In this document: in pieces, positions 23,020 through 33,073 of the stretch | How positions within the stretch are numbered: the stretch's first letter is position 1 | Layout: each line of letters starts with the position of its first letter | Origin: Rhodospirillales bacterium | GTDB lineage: Bacteria; Pseudomonadota; Alphaproteobacteria; Bin95 | Length of the DNA: 64,000 nt | NCBI GenBank assembly: GCA_038143065.1 | Contig: JAYQLI010000035.1 | Span: 64,001 to 128,000, forward strand | Direction: 5' to 3' | The notes under the pieces: generated by a model | What the model saw: only the letters and a program-made list of their open reading frames with translations | What the model was told of the DNA's origin: nothing | Database searches by the model: none | Program-made: the position numbers and the translations under genes

Positions 23020-25011
23020 TTATGCCTTGGTATTCAGACGCACTTCGACATTCTCGACAAGTGCATCGGCGGTTATCCCAAAATGATCGTATAGGTCATT
23101 GGCCGGTGCAGACGCGCCAAAAGTTGTCATGCCCACAATTGGCCCACCATCCACGTAGCGCTCCCATCCATAGATAGAACCTGCCTCTATGGCAGCCTTT
23201 AATATGCCCTTTGGCAGAATTTCTTCTCTGTAAGCGCTGGGTTGCTCGTCGAATAACTCTGTGCATGGCATTGAAACTACTCGCGTTCCGATTCCTTTGC
23301 CTTGCAAAATTTCTCTGGCGTTTAGTGCCAGCGGTACCTCGGTTCCTGTAGCAATCAGAATGGCTTTTAATTCGCCTTCGGCTTCAGAGATGACATACGC
23401 TCCCTTGGAGGATCTGTTTTGATTACCACCAGGTGATACCGTTGGTGTCCCTTGGCGGGAGAGAGCTATCACGGAAGGGCGAGACTTTTGCATCAATGCT
23501 ATTTCCCAGCATTCTGCAGTCTCGATTGCATCAGCGGGACGCATGGTTAGCAAGTTAGGCATGGCTCTGAGACTAGCTAGGTGCTCAACTGGCTGGTGAG
23601 TTGGACCGTCTTCGCCTAGGCCAATAGAGTCGTGTGTCATAACAAAAACTTGTCGTTGACCCATCAGTGCTGCGAGTCTGATTGCTGGACGACAATAGTC
23701 CGTGAAAATTAGGAATGTAGCTGTATACGGAATCAGTCCACCATGCAGCGCGATGCCATTTGCTGCCGCCGCCATTCCATGCTCACGAATGCCCCAATAT
23801 ACATACCGACCAGATCTATTTTGCTCAGAAAATCCTCCCAGTCCTTCTGTGATTGTGAGGTTAGAACCTGTAAGATCCGCAGAACCTCCAATCGTCTCGG
23901 GAACTACGGCATTAATAACTTCTAGCGCCTTCTGGGATGCTTGACGTGTAGCTATTTTGGGCTGATCGCTAACTAGATGCTCTTTATATTTAGCAATTTT
24001 CTGTTCAAGGCCTTTTGGCAGGTCACCTGACATCCTTCGATTGAATTCATCTTGAATGACCTTCGCAGCTCTCTCGAACCTAGCTTCCCAAGCCTCTCGT
24101 TCACTCGCTCCAGCAGACCCAGCAGCTTTCCACATAGATTGAATTTCAGATGGAATTTCAAAAGGTGCATAGGGCCAATTAAGATTTTCGCGAGCGCCGG
24201 CAATTTCCTCTGGGCCTAGAGGAGCGCCATGTGAGGAAGCTTTTCCTGCCTTTGTTGGAGCTCCAAACCCAATGGTTGTGCGGCAAGCTATAAGTGAGGG
24301 ACGTGAGATATCAGAAGCAGCTGATAGCAGGGCAGCGTTCACAGCTTCACAGTCATGACCGTCCACGCGTGCCGTTGACCAACCATAGCTTTCAAAGCGT
24401 TTCAGCACGTCGTCTGATGCCGAAAGGTCGATAGAACCATCGATAGAAATAGAGTTGTCATCCCATAGCACGTTGAGCTTACCAAGGCTTAGATGTCCCG
24501 CGAGAGCGCCTGCTTCGTGGCTCACTCCTTCCATCAGGTCACCATCTGAAGCTATCACCCAAGTCTTGTGATTAACCAAATCTGATCCAAATTCAGCTTG
24601 AAGTTTTGCCTCGGCAATTGCCATACCAACGGCAGTTGCAATTCCTTGGCCGAGGGGACCGGTTGTAGTCTCTACACCAAGCGGGTGCCCTACCTCTGGG
24701 TGACCAGCAGTGAGTGAACCTAATTGACGAAAGTTTTTAATCTGCTCCAACGATAGAGAGGGATTGCCGGAGAGGTGCAAGAGACCATACAGCAACATGG
24801 ATCCATGACCCGCTGAGAGCACGAAGCGATCCCGGTCTGGCCAAGAAGGGTTGGCAGCGTCATATTTCATTGGTCCGGTGAATAAGGCCGTTGCTACGTC
24901 GGCCATTCCCATAGGCATTCCTGGGTGACCAGACTTCGCTTTCTCGACGGCATCCATTGCAAGAGCACGGAGGGCGTTCGCCATCAGTGTTCGATCCTGT
25001 GACGATGTCAT
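23020..25011 (-). CDS. tkt: Transketolase
   Basis: SGHPGMPMG, DRDRFVLSAGHGS, THDSIGLGEDGPTHQP. Confidence 0.98.
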   Translation of the reverse strand: MTSSQDRTLMANALRALAMDAVEKAKSGHPGMPMGMADVATALFTGPMKYDAANPSWPDRDRFVLSAGHGSMLLYGLLHLSGNPSLSLEQIKNFRQLGSLTAGHPEVGHPLGVETTTGPLGQGIATAVGMAIAEAKLQAEFGSDLVNHKTWVIASDGDLMEGVSHEAGALAGHLSLGKLNVLWDDNSISIDGSIDLSASDDVLKRFESYGWSTARVDGHDCEAVNAALLSAASDISRPSLIACRTTIGFGAPTKAGKASSHGAPLGPEEIAGARENLNWPYAPFEIPSEIQSMWKAAGSAGASEREAWEARFERAAKVIQDEFNRRMSGDLPKGLEQKIAKYKEHLVSDQPKIATRQASQKALEVINAVVPETIGGSADLTGSNLTITEGLGGFSEQNRSGRYVYWGIREHGMAAAANGIALHGGLIPYTATFLIFTDYCRPAIRLAALMGQRQVFVMTHDSIGLGEDGPTHQPVEHLASLRAMPNLLTMRPADAIETAECWEIALMQKSRPSVIALSRQGTPTVSPGGNQNRSSKGAYVISEAEGELKAILIATGTEVPLALNAREILQGKGIGTRVVSMPCTELFDEQPSAYREEILPKGILKAAIEAGSIYGWERYVDGGPIVGMTTFGASAPANDLYDHFGITADALVENVEVRLNTKA

Positions 25012-25237
25012 TTCAATTTAACCCCTCAAAATTCCATGCGTCGCAAAGATCGCGGAATCGGTAATTAGAAACGATTGGTAAATATTGTTCATGCGGGATG
25101 GTCTGGGGTGACGTCAACCCGTTGTACTGTCAGTATTTTAAGTCAGTTGACGGATAGTGGGTGGCATCTTATCGTCATCTTGAAGATTTAGCTTTAAGAT
25201 ATTCCATTAGTGCTTATTTTTGTAGGGATTTTTTGCC

Positions 25238-25483
25238 ATGGCTTTGGCTCAACCTTTGTCCACAGCTCTCGATGAATTGGCAAGTGCTATCTCCCAGGCA
25301 GAGGCGGCTGCAGGCGCTAGTGCAGTTTCACAAAAGGGAAATGATCAGGTTGTCGAGCTCGAAGCCGCTTTGGCAGAACTGCGAAAAGAGCATATGAGCC
25401 TAAAAAACGTCTCTGGCGATATAGCTGGGCGGCTTGAGGGTGCAATAGTTTTAATTGAAGCGATATTGTCTGGTCGCTCCTGA
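25238..25483 (+). CDS. Coiled-coil protein upstream of zapA (DUF4164-like)
   Basis: 81-aa helical ORF in the usual position between divergent tkt and zapA. Confidence 0.6.
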   Translation: MALAQPLSTALDELASAISQAEAAAGASAVSQKGNDQVVELEAALAELRKEHMSLKNVSGDIAGRLEGAIVLIEAILSGRS

Positions 25484-25517
25484 AAACCAGGATACCTAAC
25501 TTTGGGAAAGTCTATCG

Positions 25518-25916
25518 ATGGGCGAAGTCACTGTGACCGTAAATAGCCGTCCTTATCGGATGGCATGTGAGGATGGTCAGGAAGGTCATCTGAAAGAGCT
25601 AGGCCTAGAGCTGTCACAAAGGGTAGATGAACTATCCAAACAAGTTGGGCAGGTAGGTGATGGCCAATTATTAGTAATGGCAGCACTGATAACTGCTGAC
25701 GAGCTTTCGGTGGTTGAACAGAACAGAAATGGAGATGGCACTTCGGTAATTGAGGCGGAGAGAGATAAGTTAGCTTCAGAATTAGCGGCGCTGCAGTCAG
25801 AATATCAAGTTCTGCAGGAGACATTAAAACGCAGTCAAACCGAGGCTGCCGAAGCAGCAAAAATAATTTCCTCGTTAACTGAACGGGTTATTAGATTAAA
25901 CCAGACAATGGTTTGA
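25518..25916 (+). CDS. zapA: Cell division protein ZapA
   Basis: VTVTVNSRPYRMACEDGQEGHL...LLVMAALITADEL. Confidence 0.92.
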   Translation: MGEVTVTVNSRPYRMACEDGQEGHLKELGLELSQRVDELSKQVGQVGDGQLLVMAALITADELSVVEQNRNGDGTSVIEAERDKLASELAALQSEYQVLQETLKRSQTEAAEAAKIISSLTERVIRLNQTMV

Positions 25917-25924
25917 GCTTTGTA

Positions 25925-26722
25925 TTAACTTAAAGAGATGAACTGGCGAACTGCTGTGATGAAAGATCGGGGCTGATCCGCATGCAGCCAATGACCGGCT
26001 GCTTTTAAACTCGCAAATCTAGCTGTTGGGAATGTTTTACGAATTATAGGGCGATGTTCTGATTTTACATAATCAGAAAATTCGCCAGTCAGGAACAGAA
26101 CCGGTCCTCGAGAGTAAGTTTTTTCCAAAAGCGTTTTTGGAAAACCAATGATATCTTCCATCCCATTCGCAAGGGCAGTTAAATTACATCTCCATCGAAA
26201 GCCGTTATCATCTGGAATCAGATTTTGAAGTAAAAAGCCTCTGATTTCTCTCTCTGGTATTGCTGCCGTTAATAGTTTATCGGCATCGGCCCTCCTCGAA
26301 ACATCCGCTAAATCGAGAGCTGACATACTTTCGATGTAGTCCAAAAAACTTGATCTATTGCTGCGTTCGTATCTTACCGGAGCAATATCTGCCACAAGCA
26401 GGCGGCCTACTTTATCAGGGTTAGTCAGGGCTAGAGCCATTGCTGCTTTACCACCCATGCTGTGCCCTACCACTGTTGGATTGATTAGTCCTTTACAGGA
26501 AATATATTCAGCAACGTCCTCAGCAATAACATTGTATTCCATGCCCTCGATCCAAGGTGATCGACCGTGGTTTCTTAGGTCAAGGACATGCACTTCATGC
26601 TCTTCGCTTAAACGCTTAGCGATTGCCATCCAATTTCTAGCAGCGCCTAAAAGACCATGAAGTATTATTACGGGTTTCCCGCCATCATTATAGATATCGC
26701 TTTGCAAAGTGATGGTTTTCAT
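25925..26722 (-). CDS. YbfF/ABHD11-like esterase
   Basis: LHGLLG, DLRNHGRS, GHSMGGK, AGHWLHA. Confidence 0.88.
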   Translation of the reverse strand: MKTITLQSDIYNDGGKPVIILHGLLGAARNWMAIAKRLSEEHEVHVLDLRNHGRSPWIEGMEYNVIAEDVAEYISCKGLINPTVVGHSMGGKAAMALALTNPDKVGRLLVADIAPVRYERSNRSSFLDYIESMSALDLADVSRRADADKLLTAAIPEREIRGFLLQNLIPDDNGFRWRCNLTALANGMEDIIGFPKTLLEKTYSRGPVLFLTGEFSDYVKSEHRPIIRKTFPTARFASLKAAGHWLHADQPRSFITAVRQFISLS

Positions 26723-26862
26723 TATTTGGTGAATGCCCGTTTCTCAGCGGATAGCAAAAGATGCTTGTTTAGCTTGTTAAATCTTCGTTCTTCTATGGAT
26801 TAATTTAGTTTGAATTAATCTGGATTTTTTCAAAAGTTTAAATTTTAATCCCTGAAGTTTAT

Positions 26863-27032
26863 CTAGGTATTTTTTGTTTCTCTTGTATCCATACTTCGCG
26901 CTTTAGCTTGAGCTTTCCGTCGAGCGATATTGCTTTTCAAGGAAGCTGCAAGTCTTGCTGCGCGGTCATTGTTGGTCACTTGTGTTTTCTGATTTAAATT
27001 TTGAGGGACCATTCCTTTTTTTGTTTATTCAT
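26863..27032 (-). CDS. Small basic hypothetical protein (49 aa from ATG 27012; about 56 aa if one A is missing in the 7-A run)
   Basis: MVPQNLNQKTQVTNNDRAARLAASLKSNIARRKAQAKARSMDTRETKNT*; ATG at 27032 overlaps the panE-like stop (ATGA). Confidence 0.6.
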
Positions 27033-28012
27033 GCTGGATATAAACCTGCGTTTCTTGCTTTTAATTGGATAAGTGCCAAGACTGCATCGAGCATAGGCGT
27101 GCTTACATTTACGATGTCGCCCAGCTCTGTTACGGCAGTTACCAATGCGTCTATTTCAAGTGGTCTGCCTCGTTCCAAATCCTGGAGCATTGACGTTTTA
27201 TGTTCTCCAACCCCAAACGCTGCTGTAAATCGTCGGTCTGCGGTGAATCTAAATCTTGCGCCCAGAGCTTCTCCCACAGCACGGCCTTCAGCAGCTAGCT
27301 TGAAAACAAGATCCCGAACGCTTTCATCTCTACCAATCCCAGCAAGGGTGGTGTCTGTAAGCGCTGAAATTGGGTTAAGGCAAAGATTTCCCCATAATTT
27401 TACCCAAATGTCATCCCGTATCTTGGAACTGACTGGAGCACGAAGGCCTGCCTTCGTTAATGCAGTAGAGAGTAGCATAACCCTTTCTGTTTTTTCTCCA
27501 GAGGGTTCGCCAATTTGATAGGCGTTTCCTTCTACATGCTGCATTACGCCTGGCGCGGTAATTTCAACTGCAGGATGAACTACCATTCCAATTGCTCGCT
27601 CCGGTCCTAACCCATCCCATTGAGTGCGCCCAGGATCTACGCTTTCTAGAGTTCTTCCTTCATGATCTCCCCCGTAGCGATGAAAATACCACCACGGTAC
27701 TCCGTTCATCGCTGTGACTACAGCTGTGTTAGGGCCTAAGAGTGGTTGCATTAAATCTACGACATTTGGGCTTTGATGGGCTTTTAAGGTAACAATGACA
27801 AAATCCTGAGGTCCCAGACTTGCAGGGTCGTCCGTCGCCTTTGGATGAACAAGGATGTCCTTCTCATCCCTAAACTTCATCAGTAAGCCATTCTTTTGAA
27901 TGGCTTGGAGGTGGGGGCCGCGTGCTATTAGTGAGACATCAACCCCACTTTCAGCCAACATGCCACCTAAATGAGCTCCAATTGCTCCCGCACCGTAAAT
28001 TGCAACTTTCAT
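27029..28012 (-). CDS. 2-dehydropantoate 2-reductase family (PanE2-like)
   Basis: GAGAIG, NGVPWWYFH, WVKLWGN, KTSMLQDLERGRPLEID. Confidence 0.88.
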   Translation of the reverse strand: MKVAIYGAGAIGAHLGGMLAESGVDVSLIARGPHLQAIQKNGLLMKFRDEKDILVHPKATDDPASLGPQDFVIVTLKAHQSPNVVDLMQPLLGPNTAVVTAMNGVPWWYFHRYGGDHEGRTLESVDPGRTQWDGLGPERAIGMVVHPAVEITAPGVMQHVEGNAYQIGEPSGEKTERVMLLSTALTKAGLRAPVSSKIRDDIWVKLWGNLCLNPISALTDTTLAGIGRDESVRDLVFKLAAEGRAVGEALGARFRFTADRRFTAAFGVGEHKTSMLQDLERGRPLEIDALVTAVTELGDIVNVSTPMLDAVLALIQLKARNAGLYPA

Positions 28013-29424
28013 AAAGGTGCTACTTTGCCGGGGTTTAAAATGTTTTTTGGATCTAAAGCAACTTTAATTGCGTGCATTGTGTTTATTGCCTCAGGTCCAA
28101 GTTCTTTGGCTACGAACTCAATCTTACCCATCCCGACACCATGTTCCCCAGTGCAGGTTCCTCCCATTGCCAGTGCACGATCTACAAGTCTGTCATTAAA
28201 AGCGGTGGCACGAGACATTTCATCATCGTCATCAAGGTCTACCATGATGCAACAGTGAAAATTGCCATCACCTACGTGTCCGCAAATTGGAGAATATAAA
28301 CCGCTCTCTCCTATGTCTCGTTTTGTGCTCATTATACATTCTGCAAGATTTGAAATTGGTACGGCTACGTCCGTTGCCCAACCCTTTTTACCTGGCGCTT
28401 TTGCCAAGGCAGCATAGTATGCGTCGTGTCTCGCTTGCCATAACTTGGAGCGTTCTTCAGCTTTGGCTGTCCATTGAAGCCTCCACCATTATTTTCCGAA
28501 GCTAACATCTGCACGATATCCGCTTGTTCAGCTACACTTGCTTCGGTTCCATGGAATTCAAAAAAGTGTGTGAGCAGCTTTCAATCCATCAAGATTCGAA
28601 AAATCAATGCACGCTTGCATTTGAACGTCATCCAGCAGTTCCATTCTAGCAATGGGTACCCCCATCTGGATTGTTTGCTGGACAGTTTCGACGGCACTTG
28701 CGAGGTCATCAAACTGACAAATCGCAGCGGCAATTTTTTCTGGGACACCGAATAGGCGCAGTCGGACCTCAGTAATTACTCCTAGAGTTCCTTCAGAGCC
28801 GACGATGAGGTGAGTAAGATCATACCCAGCTGATGTTTTGCGAGCACGACCACCGGTTTTCATAATTGTGCCGTCGGCCAACACAACTGTTAGGCCAATA
28901 ACATTTTCCTTCATAGTGCCATATCGAACAGCGTTGGTGCCCGAAGCGCCTGTTGCAGCCATACCACCCAAACTCGCATCAGCACCTGGGTCAACGGGGA
29001 AAAAGTACCCAGTGTCTCGCAAATGTTCGTTTACTGCCTTCCGGGTTACGCCAGCTTGAACCAGGCAGTCTCCGTCAGCTGCATTGACCTCTAAGACTTT
29101 ATTCATATTTGAAAGGTCGATAGTGATCCCACCGTGAATAGCTTGAACATTGCCTTCAAGAGATGTTCCCGTCCCCCAAGCGATAACGGGAAATTCGTGT
29201 GAATTGCAGACTTTGAGAATAGCTGCAACTTCCTCAGTTGTTTCTGCAAAAGCTACAGCGTCTGGTGGAGCGGGGCGAAAATGATCTTCACCCTGAGAAT
29301 GTTGATCTCGTACCGCTAACGCAGTGGATAAACGGTCTCCAAGAATTGAGCTTAATTCAGATAGGACGGCATCCAGGCGCGCCGCATTATTTCGGTCGCC
29401 TGCAAGAGGAGTGGGAGTGCTCAT
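28009..29424 (-). CDS. FAD-linked D-2-hydroxyacid (D-lactate) dehydrogenase (2 frameshifts)
   Basis: GTGTSLEG, DPGADASLGGMAAT, GSEGTLG, GHVGDGNFH, GEHGVG, DPKNILNPGK. Confidence 0.9.
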
Positions 29425-29453
29425 TAATCTCTCCAAAACATTGAAAGCTTAAA

Positions 29454-30677
29454 TTACTGTCCTTCGACATTTTTATCATCGTTAAGCCAAGAAAAAATAA
29501 ATCGGCTACATATTCCGATAAAAGCTACATGTAGGAAACCCAACCCCCAGGCAAGATCGGTGTAACCGTTCGCCTCACTAAAAATAGCTAGAATGAGCCC
29601 CATAACCATAGGGCCGGCAGCCCCACCTGCGTAACCTAAAGTTGTGTGGAGGGCTAGTGTTTGCCCACGCCGACCTATTTCTGCTGAGTCTGAAGTGCCA
29701 CCAGTCAAGGTTGAGCTATCCAGCCAGATCAAAGCACCACAAATTATCGCAATTGATACTGAAAGCCAGTATGAATGTGGTCCTAGAAAACCCAGCGCAA
29801 TTGCAGCCACGGCTGAAAGACTAGTAGCAAGTTTGACGACTATGGGACGTCCAAGTTTAACAGAAAGTGCATTGCCGTAAACGCTCGTGGCTGTTCCAAC
29901 CAACGCTACCAGTGTTGCAATCAAGGCAGGGGAGAACCATGTGGATGAAATATCAGGAGTTTTAGCCGCTACGTAGACAAGAAATGCAACTCCCCAGCCG
30001 CGCAGAACACTCATCTCATAAGTATGGATACAATACGTTACCGCGTATGCCATAGCTGAACGATTTTTGAGGACCGGTCTGAAGTCTAGAAGAGCGCCTG
30101 ATACATTTGGGTTTTGTGGCGGAGGAACAGATGGGGCAGCAGTTACTACAAGTGCACAAGCAGCCACCGAGAGCCAACCAGCCCATGCAAAGGCGGTGTT
30201 CCAGCCAAAAAGATTTGAAATTAGATCTCCATAAATAAAAGAAATTGCACCTGCAGCCCCAATACCTGCTGCATGCCAGGCAACAGCTCGGCGCATCAAA
30301 TCTGCATCGACACGATCGGCAAGAAGCTTAAGGCCGGTCATGTAAACTCCCGCCCAGCCCAAACCTGCAATGGCTCGCGCTGCAATGGCTGTCCATAAAC
30401 CCTCAGCAATATAAGCAAAACCAAAATGTCCGGCAGCGATGGATGTTGCGCCAAACAGATAAATCCACTTTGGATCTATTCTATCTGTTAAAGACACCAA
30501 AACAGGTGCGGAAATCATGTAGGCTAAATAGAAAGCCCCAGTTATTAATCCTGCTTCCGCAGGGCTAATGCCCCAAGCTTGTCTGAGCTCTGGCAGTAAT
30601 GCGGCCCATACATAGGCACCCAGTTGGGCAGCAACCTGCGCCACACAAACGACCAAAACTAGGTGACGACCATTCAT
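29454..30677 (-). CDS. MFS transporter
   Basis: About 12 hydrophobic helices; motif-A-like LTDRIDPK. Confidence 0.88.
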   Translation of the reverse strand: MNGRHLVLVVCVAQVAAQLGAYVWAALLPELRQAWGISPAEAGLITGAFYLAYMISAPVLVSLTDRIDPKWIYLFGATSIAAGHFGFAYIAEGLWTAIAARAIAGLGWAGVYMTGLKLLADRVDADLMRRAVAWHAAGIGAAGAISFIYGDLISNLFGWNTAFAWAGWLSVAACALVVTAAPSVPPPQNPNVSGALLDFRPVLKNRSAMAYAVTYCIHTYEMSVLRGWGVAFLVYVAAKTPDISSTWFSPALIATLVALVGTATSVYGNALSVKLGRPIVVKLATSLSAVAAIALGFLGPHSYWLSVSIAIICGALIWLDSSTLTGGTSDSAEIGRRGQTLALHTTLGYAGGAAGPMVMGLILAIFSEANGYTDLAWGLGFLHVAFIGICSRFIFSWLNDDKNVEGQ

Positions 30678-30786
30678 TGGGTGGTTATGCTGCCCACACA
30701 GCGTCTCCTTCTATAAATAATTCCTTATTATATGATAGTTTGCTTAACGCTTGGTAAGAGAATTCTGGCCTGGGACGAAGATAACT

Positions 30787-31467
30787 ATGACAAAAGATAT
30801 TCTGATTGCGCCATCCATTCTCGCCGCGGATTTTGCTCGGCTTGGTGAATGTATAGAAGCCGTTGACCACGCTGGCGCTGATTGGATCCATCTTGACGTA
30901 ATGGATGGTAACTTTGTTCCCAATATCAGTTTTGGGCCGTCAGTGATTCACGCTTTACGTGGACTTACACAAAAAACATTTGACGCACACCTGATGATAG
31001 AGCCCGTAGATGCCTTTTTGCCAGAATTCAAGAAGGCGGGCTGTGATCGAATAACCATCCATCCAGAGGCGGGTCCACACGTACATCGTTCAATAGGGTT
31101 GATTAATAGTCTTGGTATGAAATCTGGAATCGCATTGAACCCTGGCACACCTGTTGAAGCTATCGATAACCTCATTGATATCGTGGATCTTGTTCTCGTG
31201 ATGAGCGTCAATCCTGGTTTTGGCGGTCAGTCGTTTATTGAGAGTCAGCTAGAAAAAATCAGTTCTGTTCGAAGTCGTATCAATTCATCAGGCCGCGATA
31301 TAAGGCTCCAGGTTGATGGAGGTGTTACGCCGGAAACTGCGAGAAGGGTTGTCGAGGCAGGAGCAGATGTGTTGGTTGCTGGCACAGCAGTATTTAAGGG
31401 TGGTGCGCCAGCCTATGCAGGTAACATTCAGGCCATTCGTGATTCAGCTGCACTTGATCTTAATTGA
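30787..31467 (+). CDS. rpe: Ribulose-phosphate 3-epimerase
   Basis: IAPSILAADF, HLDVMDG, MSVNPGFGGQ, VDGG. Confidence 0.97.
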   Translation: MTKDILIAPSILAADFARLGECIEAVDHAGADWIHLDVMDGNFVPNISFGPSVIHALRGLTQKTFDAHLMIEPVDAFLPEFKKAGCDRITIHPEAGPHVHRSIGLINSLGMKSGIALNPGTPVEAIDNLIDIVDLVLVMSVNPGFGGQSFIESQLEKISSVRSRINSSGRDIRLQVDGGVTPETARRVVEAGADVLVAGTAVFKGGAPAYAGNIQAIRDSAALDLN

Positions 31468-31475
31468 ATTAAGGA

Positions 31476-32982
31476 ATGTCAATGCGTTCGGGTGGCCGTT
31501 ACCTCCGCATCCCATGGCTTGAAAATATTTTCGATGGTTTCCGGGCGGTGCCCGAAACTCCATCGGATCCGGTATTTCGTTTCAAAGACCCGTGGCCTGG
31601 TAGTGCGCAACGCGGTGAGATTTTGGTAGCTAATGAAGCGGACCTTTTAGCTTCTATTAGTCCTCAGTCACGTGACCGTGAATTAACTCAAGATGATGCT
31701 CGACGAATTCGCGCTCATAGTTTTGTTTGGCTTCGAGATTTACGTTCTTTAGGTGGAGAAGCTGCAAGACGAACAGCCCGCAAATTGGTGGCAGCTTGGT
31801 TTGATACCGATCTCAGAGGAGATCCTATCGCTTGGAGACCAGACATAGTTGGTCAACGACTAACGGCATGGATTGGGTCATATGATTTCTTTGCTTCCAG
31901 CGCTGGCCCCTCTATCCGATCCGACTTAATGGAACAAATCGCGTCACAAACTTTTTGGTTGAAGAAGCGAATTGGGCAAGTCCCTTCGGGACCTGCAAGA
32001 TTCTCAGCTTTGGCAGGCCTAGCTGCTGGTGCCGCGGCTGTTGGGGAGAGAGAAAGTTTTTTTCGACTGTAGACCGTGTGTTTTCCATAGCAAAGGATAA
32101 TGACATTGGGAGAGATGGATGGATTAGAAGTGCCTCTCCAATCAGTCAACTGGATAGCTTAATGCGGTTGTTGGACCTGCGTACGGCAGCCAATGCAGTT
32201 GGTAGAGTGCCGCCAGAAGGAATTTCCGAAATTATCACCTTGGTGGCGGGAACATTAGCTACGATGCGTGCGGGTGACGGTGGGCTCTCAGTATTTAACG
32301 GTGGAGAGGGTGACTCCTGGGCAATTGATCTCGCTCTTGCGGCCTCTGGATGGAGGAGGCGTGCTGCTTTGGATCTCCCGATGCTGGATACTCCCGTGCT
32401 CTTGCAGGGCGTTCATTACTTTTAATAGGCGCCCAAAATGGCGCCATAGAATTTGGACATGGGAATGATCGTATTTTTGTGAGCACCGGCTCTATTTCAG
32501 ATGCACCAGCTCCTCGCTTTCAAAGAGATCATGGCTCCGCCTTTTGTGCACCAATGTTTAAGGGAGCACGACCTCTAGATTTCAACGCAATAGAGCGCGA
32601 TAGCGAAGAGGGTGCCACGTTATTAACAGCTTCATTTCAACAGTCACGGCCAGAAATAAACTGGAGGCGCCGAATTTTTTTGGCTGCTGACGGTTTTGAT
32701 CTTCGAGGTGAAGATCTTATGGAAACTAGCTCTAAGCAAGCTGGGATTATTCCTTTTCACTTACATCCAAGCGCCGATGCGATTCAGGTCGATGAAACCT
32801 CAGCGCTCATAAGAACTGCATCAGGAAATGGTTGGCGCTTGCGTGCTAACCAGGCAATAAATCTATCACCAGAACCTTATCGAGGTTTACCTGGGGTTCC
32901 ATCTGCAGCAGTGCGGATAGAATTGCCAATATATCCTGGCCGATCTGGGCGGTGGGCGATCAGAAAAGAAAGCAATACTTAA
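31476..32982 (+). CDS. Heparinase II/III-like protein (2 frameshifts)
   Basis: DPWPG, HSFVWLRDLR, WRPDIVGQRL, FHLHP, GNGWRL; rpe-X-purH synteny. Confidence 0.75.
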
Positions 32983-33073
32983 TTTTCCACTGGTGCTGAG
33001 TTTGACTTTATGGAGCCTGATCCGCAAAAACGCGGTTCCTCATTTCATTCTCAAGTAGGAGTCGCTAAGAGCG

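Noticed and set aside
28555-28570. TGA in the D-lactate dehydrogenase as a possible Sec codon
   Set aside because: It arises from a shortened T-run (FEFHG continues in another frame), so it is not in-frame read-through.
32983-33073. ZMP/ZTP riboswitch before purH
   Set aside because: No recognisable pfl motif; the region is short and looks like a simple promoter (TTGACT).
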